Of a DNA stretch of 64,000 nt, positions 1 to 10,113 are shown in pieces. The notes below the pieces were generated by a model. The model was not told the origin of the DNA, did no database searches, and saw only the letters and a list, made by a program, of their open reading frames with translations. A program made the translations under genes and the position numbers. Within the stretch, counting starts at the first letter, position 1. The number at the start of each line of letters is the position of its first letter. The stretch comes from Candidatus Latescibacterota bacterium (lineage in GTDB: Bacteria > Latescibacterota > UBA2968 > UBA8231), in contig OZ242005.1 in the NCBI GenBank assembly GCA_965204725.1, forward strand, positions 1,344,001-1,408,000, in the 5' to 3' direction.

Positions 1-1
1 G

Positions 2-2017
2 CTCGGCCTGAACGGAAGCGTGGTCGTCGGCGATTTCGCCACGCTGGGTGGACGGTATATGACGACCTTTCACCAAAACTCGGCCCTTTCCCTCGACGAA
101 AACTCTCTGCGCGGCGTCCTCGGCGGCCGCCTGAATGCGGGAAACGTCCAGCGGCTGATCGTGCGGCTATCCGACGACTCGCCGGAGGATGGCGTGGGCG
201 GTGCCTTGCTGCTCCGCGAGCAGATCTTCATCGACGGCGTCGAGCATCCCGAGATTGACCCGATCATCGAAGGGGGCGTCGCGCGCGAGGGCCTGCTAGA
301 GGCCAGCGGTTCCAACACGGTCACCCTGACTTATAACATTGAGACCGATTTCCGGCCGGGTCCCGATGAGGAGATCACCGATTTCCGGGAGATCGAGCGC
401 ATTGAGGTGGGGTTGGTCGTGGCCAACGACTACCTCGTAGAGGTCGCGTCGAACCTGCAAACCAACGCGACGCTCGAACCCGCCTTTCTGCCCGTCGCCC
501 AAGCGCAGGGCAACGTCACCGATGCTTCCAACCAGCGCTTCATCCGCTTTCAGTACGGGATCCCTTCGAGCAACGAGCTGCGGGGGGTGAGTCTGGCGAT
601 CAGCGATGTGGGGGGCTTCAACCTCCGCTCCGAGTACGTGAGCAATCGACGCAACCGGCGGTTCCCCAACCAGACCATCCGCAGCAATCAGGCCCTCGCG
701 CACGACGAGTCCGAGGCGTACTACGCCACGGCGTCGCAGATCACGTACCCCTTCTTTGGGTACGGGGAAGTTTTCAGCGTCGAGCCGGGGTACTCGACGT
801 CGATGTTCATCCCCGACTCGCAGGGCTTCGTCGATTACGAGAACGAGGAGAACTATCTCTACGAGCTCGTCGATGACAACGACGACCAAGATCGCTTCCC
901 GGACTGGGTTCGCCGGAGCGCGAATCTGAGTGCCCTGTTTCCAAACCAGAATCAGTTCCCCGATCGGGAGGTGTTTCCAGGGCTCGACGAAAACCAAGAC
1001 TTCATCTCCGACTTCAATCAGAACCAGAATAACCAGCCCGATTACAGCGAGCCGTTCTTCCGCTACCACGTCGATCCGCCCGAATTCCTGTTTGGCACGG
1101 ACATGAACAACAATACCGTCATCGACCGGTTTGAAAACGACACGGAACCCGATTACCCGTACAAGCGGGACAGCAAGGGATACAACTTCTATGTCGGGGT
1201 CGAACTGATGCCGAACAGCCGCCTCATGGTAGGGCGCTTGCGGATGGACCAGCACTCCAGCAATCGCCGGGCGGCCTCTACTTACGGTCTGCTGACGCTG
1301 AAGAAGGAATATCCGCAACGCAGTCTGTCGATCCAGCTCATGGAGTTTGCCCGCGCCGTCCAAGACGACATCCCCGACCATCTCATCCAGTGGGAGCAGC
1401 CGCCGTTCTCCACCGGGACGCTGCGGGACTTTAGCGATCCGTTGATCGCGCAGGATACCTTCATTAACACCCTCTACCTACAGGTAGATTGGGAACCGTT
1501 CGTCACGACGCAGACCAAGCTCAAGTACGACGCGTACAATCAGCGGGGGGATGCGGCGCAGGGAACGCGGGATGAGCGGTTCTTGGGCCTAATCAACAAG
1601 GCCGATCGCCAATTTTGGGCCATGCCGACGGTGATGGTGTGGCCGCAGTGGAAGCAGCGGTTTTCTGCTCGCACGCCGACCAACCCACGCGAGCGCAGCA
1701 CGCGCGACTTGGCGGAACTGTTCTTCTTGCTCGTCAACTATCGCATCTCCCCTAGGCTAACCCTCGGTTTTGGCACCGAGTACGAGCTTTTTAATAACCT
1801 CAAGAGCCGTCCAGAGGGGGGTGCGGTTGACTACCAAGACGACTTCAGCCGCTTGACGTTGGCATCGCAGTTTTCCAATCAGGCGGCTTATCTGGGCTAC
1901 GAGCTCACCGCGAATATCGGCATCCGGTGGACTCAACGCAGCGTGCGCGACCAAGCTGCCGACACGAACACCATGATCTTCGTCGATGTGTTTGCGGGGC
2001 TGGGAACCGGCCAGTGA
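2..2017 (+). CDS. Large exported/outer-membrane protein, 5'-truncated by the window; acidic Ca-binding-like loops and a probable C-terminal beta-barrel
   Basis: Frame is open from base 2. Dx[DN]-rich motifs DDNDDQDRFPD, GLDENQDFISD, DMNNNTVID. C-terminal part shows alternating hydrophobic strands ending ...IFVDVFAGLGTGQ. Confidence 0.7.
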   Translation, partial: LGLNGSVVVGDFATLGGRYMTTFHQNSALSLDENSLRGVLGGRLNAGNVQRLIVRLSDDSPEDGVGGALLLREQIFIDGVEHPEIDPIIEGGVAREGLLEASGSNTVTLTYNIETDFRPGPDEEITDFREIERIEVGLVVANDYLVEVASNLQTNATLEPAFLPVAQAQGNVTDASNQRFIRFQYGIPSSNELRGVSLAISDVGGFNLRSEYVSNRRNRRFPNQTIRSNQALAHDESEAYYATASQITYPFFGYGEVFSVEPGYSTSMFIPDSQGFVDYENEENYLYELVDDNDDQDRFPDWVRRSANLSALFPNQNQFPDREVFPGLDENQDFISDFNQNQNNQPDYSEPFFRYHVDPPEFLFGTDMNNNTVIDRFENDTEPDYPYKRDSKGYNFYVGVELMPNSRLMVGRLRMDQHSSNRRAASTYGLLTLKKEYPQRSLSIQLMEFARAVQDDIPDHLIQWEQPPFSTGTLRDFSDPLIAQDTFINTLYLQVDWEPFVTTQTKLKYDAYNQRGDAAQGTRDERFLGLINKADRQFWAMPTVMVWPQWKQRFSARTPTNPRERSTRDLAELFFLLVNYRISPRLTLGFGTEYELFNNLKSRPEGGAVDYQDDFSRLTLASQFSNQAAYLGYELTANIGIRWTQRSVRDQAADTNTMIFVDVFAGLGTGQ

Positions 2018-3612
2018 TGCGGATTTTGCCGCCGGCCGTTCTCTCGCTGACAGCGGGACTGCTGGCCTGTCAACCACCCGAACCACCCGAGCCAAAGCCC
2101 CGCGTCGTCGCCGTCGTTGACCGCGATACGATCGACGTCGAGTCCTACCGCGCGATGGCGGCCAAGCTGCTGGCTTCTTCCCATCGCGGCCAAGATCCCG
2201 CCCGCCTCGACACGAGGCGTCGGTTGCTCGATGCGATGATCGACCGACAGCTTCTGGTGATGGAGGGGCGACGCCGGAAGCTAAGCGCGTCGCCGCGAAT
2301 CGCCGCGGCCCTTGAAACGCTCCAGAACAAACTCCTCTGGCGCGCCCTGTTCAACGCGGTTGCCATTGACGCTGGGCGCGATACGACCGGCATCTATGCC
2401 TTTGCCCGCGAAAAAGGATTCACCGAAGAGGTGCTGCTCCAGCACGTGATGCTGGCCAATGAGGCCGATGCGTGGAGCGTCCTCAAAGCACTCGATGCGG
2501 GAGAGCCGCTTGATGTGCTCGCCGTCGAGCGTTCGGTCCACCACGAGACCGGGGGCTTGGGGGGCTACTTTAGCTACATGTCCGTATCCCAAGTGCTCCC
2601 TGAGGTCCGCGAGCAAATTCTGTCTCTGGAGCCGGGTCAAACCTACCCGGAACCGCTGACCTCCCGCTACGGGGTTCACGTGTTTCGCCTCGTCGATCGC
2701 CGCCCGGCCGACCTTGCGAGCCGGTGGGATGTGGTGCTCGAGGAGTTTCGCGCCCGCGAGAGAACGCGCGTCTTCGAGGCTTTTGCCGACAGCTTGGCGG
2801 ATGCGCGTGGGCTAGTCTGCGCGAGCGAGCGGCCGGCGTCGGACCCGCTTTGTACTTGGACGACCGGCCGGTTGTTGTCATCCGATGTCGATTGGGCCGC
2901 TGCCGAGGCCGATCTTCAGGGTTGGTTGCGCGTCAAGGCCCGGGATCGGCTGGTCCTTGAAGAGGCCCAGCGTCGCGGTATGGACCGTCAACCCGGAATC
3001 CGCGAGCCGATCGCGGCGCGTAGGGAAGAGATGATGATCGACAGCCTCCGTCGTCAGGTAGTCGGGCGCATTGAGGTGCCGGATGGGGAAAAGCGTTTGT
3101 ACTACGAGGAACACCCCGATCTGTATGGCCCACGTCCGACGGTTCGCGTGGATGAAGTGCTCGTTGCGGATCGTACGCTGGCGCAACGGCTCCGCGGCCA
3201 AGCAGAGGCGGGCGTACCCATCGACTCCTTGGCGCGGGCACACAGCATTCGCGAGGTGACGAAAAAGAGCGGTGGGTCGATGTGGCTCGTCACGAGGGAC
3301 AACCCGCTGTTGGGGCCTCTCGCGCCCCTCGCGCTCGACGCGGAAGTGGGGACGCTCTTAGGCCCCCTCGAAGTACCGGGCGGGTATTCGGTTCTGCGGA
3401 TCGCCGAAAAGGGTGAGACCCCGGCCCGCCCCTATGAGGCGGTGGAACGGAACATTGAAGTGATCCTCCGGCTGCGTGCCGAGCATCAGCGGATGGACTC
3501 GTTGCTCGCCCAACTCCGCGTGGACTTCGCCGCCGCGATCGCGATCCATGAAGACGCGCTGGCCTCTGTACTGGCCGATTGGGGGGATCGCACAGACGAT
3601 GCCCGGAATTGA
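2017..3612 (+). CDS. Parvulin-type peptidyl-prolyl isomerase lipoprotein (SurA/PrsA-like, two PPIase domains)
   Basis: ATG at 2017 overlaps the upstream TGA. Lipobox LLAC. SurA-like LLDAMIDRQLL. Two rotamase-like segments (..LAVERS..GG..YGVHVFRL; ..LARAHS..GG..GGYSVLRI). Confidence 0.8.
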   Translation: MRILPPAVLSLTAGLLACQPPEPPEPKPRVVAVVDRDTIDVESYRAMAAKLLASSHRGQDPARLDTRRRLLDAMIDRQLLVMEGRRRKLSASPRIAAALETLQNKLLWRALFNAVAIDAGRDTTGIYAFAREKGFTEEVLLQHVMLANEADAWSVLKALDAGEPLDVLAVERSVHHETGGLGGYFSYMSVSQVLPEVREQILSLEPGQTYPEPLTSRYGVHVFRLVDRRPADLASRWDVVLEEFRARERTRVFEAFADSLADARGLVCASERPASDPLCTWTTGRLLSSDVDWAAAEADLQGWLRVKARDRLVLEEAQRRGMDRQPGIREPIAARREEMMIDSLRRQVVGRIEVPDGEKRLYYEEHPDLYGPRPTVRVDEVLVADRTLAQRLRGQAEAGVPIDSLARAHSIREVTKKSGGSMWLVTRDNPLLGPLAPLALDAEVGTLLGPLEVPGGYSVLRIAEKGETPARPYEAVERNIEVILRLRAEHQRMDSLLAQLRVDFAAAIAIHEDALASVLADWGDRTDDARN

Positions 3613-3636
3613 AGAGTACTGGGAGCTGCGCGGGTC

Positions 3637-4839
3637 ATGCCGGCCGTTTTCGTCTTCTTCCTACTGAGTGCCTGCGAGGGGGCTGCGCCCGAGCAAGAAG
3701 TCGCCCGAGCCATCCTCGACAGCGCGCTAGCGCACTCGGCGCGCGGTGAATCCGTCGCCGCGATCCGGCTGCTGCGCCGGGCGGCGCAGCTCGATCCACA
3801 GGATCCGGTCATCCCCTACAATCTCGGCAACAACTTGGCGCGGCAGGGCCGTCTCGACCAAGCTGTTGCGTCGTACCAACGAGCGCTATTCCTCGAACCT
3901 AAGTACGCGGCTGCCCATTACAACCTAGCGTCCGTGCGCTCTGCGGCCGGGCGGCACGAAGAAGCGGAAGCGGGCATGGCGCGCGCGATTGAGGCCGACA
4001 GTGGCTATCAGCCCGCCCACAAGGCGTTGGCGCAGTTGCGGGAACGGCGCGGCGACTACGATGGTGCCATCGAATCGCTGGAGATTGCGGTGGGGATCCG
4101 TCCCGACGATGTGGAGGCGCGCAATCAGCTCGGCTACCTGCTGGGGAAGCAGGGACGCCCGACCGCGGCCAAAGCGGTTTTGCGGAGGACGCTGCAAATC
4201 GACTCGACCCACGCGGACACTTGGGCACACTTAGGGGCGCTCCAACTCGCCGCCAAGGACTTTGCGAGCGCTCGCCAGTACTTAGAAAGGGCCGTCCAAC
4301 TCAACGCATACCACACGAAGGCGCACTTCGACTTGGCCAACTGTCTGATGCGGCTGGGCGAGAAGCAGAGTGGACGAGAGATGCTGCGGCGGTTTGAGAT
4401 GCTGCGATCGCTGGACGAGGACATCGCCAAGTACCGAGAGGCGATCCGCCACGACCCCACCGATCCGGCCCTCTACCAAGCACTCGCTCGCCTGTATGCA
4501 AGACGGGGTGAGGCAGACAAAGCGATTCAACGCTATCGACAGGCCATCGCCCGCGATGCCGAATTGGCCGCTGCCCACAACAACTTGGGCAACCTCCTGC
4601 TGCAACAGAAGCGACCCGAAGAGGCGGCCCGGGCCTATCGAGCCGCGTTGCTCGCCGACTCCACCTACGCCCTCGCCCACAATGGAATCGGTACCGTCAG
4701 ACTCCTTGCGGGGAATAGGGTCGGGGCCATGGCGGCCTTTGCCCGCGCCGTCGAATTGGATTCCGCAAACCGCACATTCGCCGACAACCTCAGAGCTGTC
4801 CAGATGCTCCTACGACAAGAAGAGGAATCGCGTGATTGA
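3637..4839 (+). CDS. TPR-repeat lipoprotein
   Basis: Lipobox LSAC. Repeated TPR consensus (YNLGNNL..QGRLDQA..YQRAL; AHNNLGNLL; AHNGIG). Confidence 0.88.
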   Translation: MPAVFVFFLLSACEGAAPEQEVARAILDSALAHSARGESVAAIRLLRRAAQLDPQDPVIPYNLGNNLARQGRLDQAVASYQRALFLEPKYAAAHYNLASVRSAAGRHEEAEAGMARAIEADSGYQPAHKALAQLRERRGDYDGAIESLEIAVGIRPDDVEARNQLGYLLGKQGRPTAAKAVLRRTLQIDSTHADTWAHLGALQLAAKDFASARQYLERAVQLNAYHTKAHFDLANCLMRLGEKQSGREMLRRFEMLRSLDEDIAKYREAIRHDPTDPALYQALARLYARRGEADKAIQRYRQAIARDAELAAAHNNLGNLLLQQKRPEEAARAYRAALLADSTYALAHNGIGTVRLLAGNRVGAMAAFARAVELDSANRTFADNLRAVQMLLRQEEESRD

Positions 4840-4931
4840 CCGCTTGGCGAGTTCTGAAATATATTGCGAGCCTAAGGCCGCTTCTCAGCGTTAAACCTGT
4901 ATAATCGCTAGACAACGACAAGGAGTGCGAT

Positions 4932-6083
4932 ATGGACAAGGTGCGAATTGGCATTATTGGCCTCGGCGGCATGGGCAGCAGCCACGCCACTTATCTTTCC
5001 CAAGGCCAAATTGTCGGTGCGGAACTCGCGGCCGTAGCCGACACCGATCCGGCCCGGTTGGCGGGCGTGCAGGACCAATACGGCGCGGGCGTACAAGCGT
5101 TTGCCGGGGCCGACGCCCTGTTTGCGGCCCAATGCGTAGATGCCGTGATCGTAGCCACCCCTCACTACTTCCACCCGCCGCTGGTAATCGCCGCGCTGGA
5201 AAACGGCCTACACGCGATGAGCGAAAAGCCGGCCGGGGTCTATACGCGCCAAGTCCGTGCGATGAACGAGGCCGCGGCCCAAAGCGACCGGGTTTTTGGC
5301 GTGATGTTCAACCAGCGGACGCGCGGCGAGCACCAAAAGCTGAAGTCGCTCGTCGAATCCGGCGAATTGGGGCCGATTCGGCGCACGATTTACATCATCA
5401 ACAACTGGTTCCGCGCCCAAAGCTACTACGATTCGGGCGGCTGGCGAGCGACTTGGGCTGGCGAGGGCGGCGGCGTGTTGGCCAACCAGTGCCCGCACAA
5501 CCTCGACCTGTGGCAGTGGATATGCGGGATGCCGCAGCGGGTGCGGGCCTTTTGTCGCTTTGGGCAATACCACGACATTGAGGTCGAAGACGACGTGACG
5601 GCTTACGTCGAGTACGAGACCGGAGCTACGGGCGTCTTTATCACTTCTACGGGCGAGGCCCCGGGGACCAATCGGCTGGAGATTTCAGCGGACCGCGGCA
5701 AGGTAGTGTTGGAAAGCGGCAAAATCACCTTTTGGCGCACGACAGAGCCGGCGAGCAAATTCCTCGCGGAGTGGCCGCATGGGTTTGGCAGTCCAGAGGT
5801 CTGGAGGTGCGAGATACCAAGCGGCGGCGGCGCAGAGCACCAAGGGATTACCCAAAACTGGGTGCAGGCCATCCGCACGGGGTCGCCGTTATTGGCCGCT
5901 GGGACCGAGGGGATCAACGGCGTGGAGCTGGCCAATGCGATGTTGCTTTCGACGTGGACGGACGATTGGGTCGCTATCCCGGTGGACGAGGATTTGTACT
6001 ACGAAGAGCTGCAAAAGCGGGTGGTTACCTCCAAGACAAAGGAGGAGAGCGGACAGGTGATGGACGTGCAGGGGACGTTTTAG
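4932..6083 (+). CDS. Gfo/Idh/MocA family oxidoreductase
   Basis: IGIIGLGGMG Rossmann motif, ATPHYFH, EKP, GGGVLANQCPHNLD. AAGGAG RBS. Confidence 0.92.
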   Translation: MDKVRIGIIGLGGMGSSHATYLSQGQIVGAELAAVADTDPARLAGVQDQYGAGVQAFAGADALFAAQCVDAVIVATPHYFHPPLVIAALENGLHAMSEKPAGVYTRQVRAMNEAAAQSDRVFGVMFNQRTRGEHQKLKSLVESGELGPIRRTIYIINNWFRAQSYYDSGGWRATWAGEGGGVLANQCPHNLDLWQWICGMPQRVRAFCRFGQYHDIEVEDDVTAYVEYETGATGVFITSTGEAPGTNRLEISADRGKVVLESGKITFWRTTEPASKFLAEWPHGFGSPEVWRCEIPSGGGAEHQGITQNWVQAIRTGSPLLAAGTEGINGVELANAMLLSTWTDDWVAIPVDEDLYYEELQKRVVTSKTKEESGQVMDVQGTF

Positions 6084-6148
6084 GTAGCAGGAGGCTTACC
6101 CGTCGCTGACTCAAATTTCGGGCGGCGGCCCACGATGAGGAGCGAACC

Positions 6149-6934
6149 GTGAAACTTGCGTTGATGACCGGAGATATGCTGCCGCCGGCAGCCCTGCGCC
6201 CCGAGGGGTTTGAGGCGGTGCAGATGTTTTTCGGCTGGGGAGCGGGCGAAGATGTGCAGGATCCGTCGGCGGCCGAGGTCGATAGCGTGCTACAAGCGGC
6301 CGATGTCGCGCTGGCGGCCATGACCTTGCACGTCGATCTGGTCGGGCCTAAAGGCGCGGTCCAAGACGATGTGGCCAGGCTGGTGCGTTGCGTGGAGAAG
6401 ACCGCCGCGCTCGACGGGCGTTTCGGCGACAACGCGCGGCCGGTGCTGGTGTGGCATCCGTCGGGGTATCCGGCAGAGGGCGTGGACGATCGGGCGGTGT
6501 TTGCGGGGTTGTGCGCCGGGCTGGCGACCGCGTGCGCCGCGGCCGAGAAAGCCGGCGTTGTCATTGCGGTGGAAATGACGCGGGCGGGGAGTATCGACGG
6601 GGCAGAGCGCTTTTTGCGGGTGCAAGATCGGGTGGGGTCCGCGGCCCTCAAAGTCTGCATGGACGCGGCAAACTTCGCGCCCGACCGCACCCCGCTGGTA
6701 CGCGCCGTGCGGATGCTCGGCCCCGACATCGCAATCGCCCACGGCAAGGACGTGCGCTTTGCCGAGAATGGCGAGGTGGCCGACTACGGGCCGACCGGGT
6801 CGGGATGCTTGGACTATCCGGCCTATATCGGCGCGTTGCAGGAGTGGACGCAGGTGCCCTATTTCGTCTTGGAGTACTACAAAAATCGCGCTGACCTGCT
6901 AAAGGCCCGCGATATTGTGCGAGCTTGTTTGTAG
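6149..6934 (+). CDS. Sugar phosphate isomerase/epimerase (xylose-isomerase-like TIM barrel)
   Basis: IAVEM, CMDAANF, AHGKD, G.G.LDY, VLEY metal-ligand pattern. GAGGAG RBS, GTG start. Confidence 0.8.
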   Translation: MKLALMTGDMLPPAALRPEGFEAVQMFFGWGAGEDVQDPSAAEVDSVLQAADVALAAMTLHVDLVGPKGAVQDDVARLVRCVEKTAALDGRFGDNARPVLVWHPSGYPAEGVDDRAVFAGLCAGLATACAAAEKAGVVIAVEMTRAGSIDGAERFLRVQDRVGSAALKVCMDAANFAPDRTPLVRAVRMLGPDIAIAHGKDVRFAENGEVADYGPTGSGCLDYPAYIGALQEWTQVPYFVLEYYKNRADLLKARDIVRACL

Positions 6935-7015
6935 ATATGCCAAGCGGAACGTCCGGCAGGAATGGTGCTCTATTTCGAGCGTTACTAATCGGGTAAAACC
7001 GGCTGAGAGGGCAAC

Positions 7016-7765
7016 ATGAACAACTTTTTGCGACTCAATTTGCGTTCCCAAAGCCTTACGCAGGACGAGGGCGGGCACGCTATCTGGCAGGTGCAAACCA
7101 GTCCCCAAGAATGGGCGGCGGACCAAACCGCGCTCTTGCTCTGCGATGTGTGGAACGGCCACTGGTGCCGCGGCGCGGTCGAGCGCCTCGATGCCATGAT
7201 CGAGCGGATGGACGCTGTGGTTAGGGCGGTGCGCGCGGCCGGCGGCCTGATCGTCCACGCGCCTTCGGATACCATGGATTTTTACGCCGATGCGCCGGCG
7301 CGTCAGCGCGTCCTTGCGGCCCCCCCCGTTGCGCCGCCGCCCGACGCTGACCGCTCGGATCCTCCCCTGCCGGTGGATGCCTCTGATCACGGAGCGGACA
7401 CGGGCGAGACCGAGACCTACAAGGCTTGGAATCGGCAGCATCCGGGGATTGAAATCGACCAAGAGCGGGATATTATTTCGGATCAGGGGGCGGAGGTGTA
7501 TAGCTACTTGCAGCACCAAGGGATCGCGCATCTGCTGATTATGGGCGTCCACACCAATATGTGCGTTTTGCACCGGACTTTTGCCATCAAGCAGATGGTG
7601 CGCTGGGGAGTGGAGGTGGTGTTGATCCGCGACTTGACCGACGCGATGTACAATCCGGCCATGCCGCCCTACGTCAGCCACGACGCGGGCACGGGCTTGG
7701 TGGTGGAGTTCATCGAAAAATTCTGGTGTCCGAGCGTGGAGAGCAAGGATGTAATCGGGGCGTAA
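7016..7765 (+). CDS. Isochorismatase/nicotinamidase-like cysteine hydrolase
   Basis: TALLLCDVW, HAPS, MGVHTNMCVL, RDLTDAMY. Confidence 0.8.
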   Translation: MNNFLRLNLRSQSLTQDEGGHAIWQVQTSPQEWAADQTALLLCDVWNGHWCRGAVERLDAMIERMDAVVRAVRAAGGLIVHAPSDTMDFYADAPARQRVLAAPPVAPPPDADRSDPPLPVDASDHGADTGETETYKAWNRQHPGIEIDQERDIISDQGAEVYSYLQHQGIAHLLIMGVHTNMCVLHRTFAIKQMVRWGVEVVLIRDLTDAMYNPAMPPYVSHDAGTGLVVEFIEKFWCPSVESKDVIGA

Positions 7766-7774
7766 AATCGCGCC

Positions 7775-10111
7775 ATGTACAGGCGACTCGCACCTGACAG
7801 CCATTTTAGGATTCTTTTGCAAACAACACTTAATAAGGCCATCGGCTGGACGGTCGTTGGGCTGGGGCTGTTTTGCGGCTCGGCGACAGCGCAAGGGGCG
7901 GCGCGCGTTGAAGTGCCCATCTTTGAGGGCGGCGCGGGCTTGGACTTTTTCTTTTTTGCCGCCCGCGAATACGAAAAAGTCCGTCCCGAGGTGCAGGTCG
8001 ATCTCTACGGCGACCCGCGCATTGCCGACAAGGTGCGGGTGCGGATTCTCGAAGGAACCTTCCCAACAGTCAGCAACGCCGGTCTCAACTACTGGGCGCT
8101 GATCCGCAACGGCGAAATCCTGCCCCTCGACGCCTATCTGGACGGGCCGAGCTGGGACGGGGACCGGACTTGGCGCGCGTCCTTCCTGCCCGGCAGCCTC
8201 GACCGCTATGAGTACGAGGGCAAGACCTACGGCATCCCCTTGCTCTATTCGGTTTACGTCGTCTGGTACAACAAAAACATGTTTGCGGAGCACGGCTGGG
8301 CACCGCCGCGCACTTGGGACGAGTTTTTCGCCCTCTGCGAGCAAATCCGCGCCGCCGGGGTTTGGCCGCTGGCCTTTCAGGGGCGTTATCCGGGCTATAT
8401 CGGCGGCGTGACCGACAACGCGTATTATCACCTCGCGGGCCGCGCCCGGTTCTACGAGCAGAAGGAGCTGGTGCCGGGCAGTTTCGCCAACCCCGAATAC
8501 GCGACCGCGCTCAGGCTCATTCAGCGCACGGCGCAGGAGTACTTCCAGCCCGGGGCCCTCGGCATGAGCCACACCGAGGCGCAGCTCGAATTTTTCTTGG
8601 GCCACACTGCGATGGTTTTTTGCGGCTCTTGGCTCAAAAGCGAGATGATGGGCAAAATCCCCGACGGCTTCCGCTTGGGAGCGTTTAATTTGCCCGTGGC
8701 CGAGGGGGGAGCCGGCGATCCCGGGGCCATCTACACAAGTGCTGGGTATTACTTTGTCTTCAAAAACAGCGCCCACACCGAGCTGGGCGTGGACTTTTTG
8801 CGCTTTATGACCTCGCAGGAGATGGCCGGCACCTTTGCCGAGATGCGCGATGTTTTGGTGGCCATTGATGGGGCGATGGAGGGACGCACCAGCGAAGATT
8901 TGCAGGACCTGGTGAACTTGGCGCAACGAGCGACGACGACCTATGGCACGGCCCCGGGCGAAGGCTTCCCGGAGATGGACCAATTCCTCAACGATGTGCG
9001 CTTCAAGATCGTCAATGGGCAGCTAACGCCGGAGGAGGGCACCCAGCAACTGGAGGAGGCCGCCGAGGCTGTACGCAACCGCAGCGAGCGTCCCGATCAA
9101 GTTACCGCCCGCCACCTGTGGAAACCCGCGCTGCTGTTGGGGCTTTTGGTGCTGGCGATGGGCTATTGGTTATCTACGACGGCGCGGCAGTGGCGCGAAA
9201 GACGAAGCGGCCAAGCCCCCCGACCTACCAGCACCGTGCGCTTGGGTTGGGCTGGGGTGGTGGTGTTCGTCGGGCCGGCCGCGGCGTTCTACACGCTCTT
9301 TGTGGTCGTGCCCAGCATCAAGTCCTTCGTCTGGAGCGCGATGCGCTGGGACGGGTTGACGGAAATGGTTTTCGTCGGGCTGTTGCACTTCCAGCGGCTG
9401 CTCTTTGAGAGCGACGAGTTTTGGATCGCGCTGTCGAACAATCTCTTCATCATGTTTATCATCCCGCTCTGCGTGTTGCCGCTGTCGCTCTTTTTGGCGG
9501 TGTGCATCAGCCGCGAGGTCGTCGGTGCCAAGCTCTTTCGCATCGTCTTCTTCTTTCCCAACATTCTCGGCGGAGTCGCGGCGACGCTGCTGTGGATGCA
9601 CCTGTACAATCCACAGGGCGGGCCGATCAACACGGTGTTGGTGGCCTTGGGATTGGAGGGGTTTGCCGGCTTTGCTTGGCTGGCGCAGGACAACCTCTAC
9701 TGGGCGCTAATACCCATGTCGATCTGGGGCGCGGCCGGGTTCAACATGGTGCTGTTTTTGGCGGCCATGGAGAGCATCCCGCAGAGCATGTACGAGGCGG
9801 CTGACATCGACGGGGCTTCGGCTTGGCGGCAGTTTTGGTCGATTACCGTGCCGCTGATTTGGGAGGTCTTGTCGATAGCGATTGTGTTTATGATCATCGG
9901 CGGGATGAAGGCGTTTGAGGTGATTTGGCTGCTGACCAATCAGCGGCCGACGACCGACAACCACGTGATCGGTACGCGGATGGTGCAGGCCATGTTTACC
10001 GAGTTCAAGGTGGGAGAGGCCACGGCGATTGCCGTGCTGCTCTTTTTGATCGTGTTCTTTGGCACCACCGCAACCTTGCGGGCCATGAAGCGCGAAGCCG
10101 TGGAGTTTTGA
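7775..10111 (+). CDS. Carbohydrate ABC transporter: solute-binding protein fused to permease
   Basis: N-terminal CUT1 SBP (YNKNMF..G..PPRTWDEF). C-terminal permease with EAA motif SIPQSMYEAADIDGASAWRQF. Exact start uncertain. Confidence 0.88.
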   Translation: MYRRLAPDSHFRILLQTTLNKAIGWTVVGLGLFCGSATAQGAARVEVPIFEGGAGLDFFFFAAREYEKVRPEVQVDLYGDPRIADKVRVRILEGTFPTVSNAGLNYWALIRNGEILPLDAYLDGPSWDGDRTWRASFLPGSLDRYEYEGKTYGIPLLYSVYVVWYNKNMFAEHGWAPPRTWDEFFALCEQIRAAGVWPLAFQGRYPGYIGGVTDNAYYHLAGRARFYEQKELVPGSFANPEYATALRLIQRTAQEYFQPGALGMSHTEAQLEFFLGHTAMVFCGSWLKSEMMGKIPDGFRLGAFNLPVAEGGAGDPGAIYTSAGYYFVFKNSAHTELGVDFLRFMTSQEMAGTFAEMRDVLVAIDGAMEGRTSEDLQDLVNLAQRATTTYGTAPGEGFPEMDQFLNDVRFKIVNGQLTPEEGTQQLEEAAEAVRNRSERPDQVTARHLWKPALLLGLLVLAMGYWLSTTARQWRERRSGQAPRPTSTVRLGWAGVVVFVGPAAAFYTLFVVVPSIKSFVWSAMRWDGLTEMVFVGLLHFQRLLFESDEFWIALSNNLFIMFIIPLCVLPLSLFLAVCISREVVGAKLFRIVFFFPNILGGVAATLLWMHLYNPQGGPINTVLVALGLEGFAGFAWLAQDNLYWALIPMSIWGAAGFNMVLFLAAMESIPQSMYEAADIDGASAWRQFWSITVPLIWEVLSIAIVFMIIGGMKAFEVIWLLTNQRPTTDNHVIGTRMVQAMFTEFKVGEATAIAVLLFLIVFFGTTATLRAMKREAVEF

Positions 10112-10113
10112 AT

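Noticed and set aside
6899-8983. 694-aa antisense ORF (also 296-1381, 16583-17728, 34392-35399 and similar)
   Set aside because: These lie opposite well-supported genes and have no motifs. Long shadow ORFs are expected in high-GC coding DNA.
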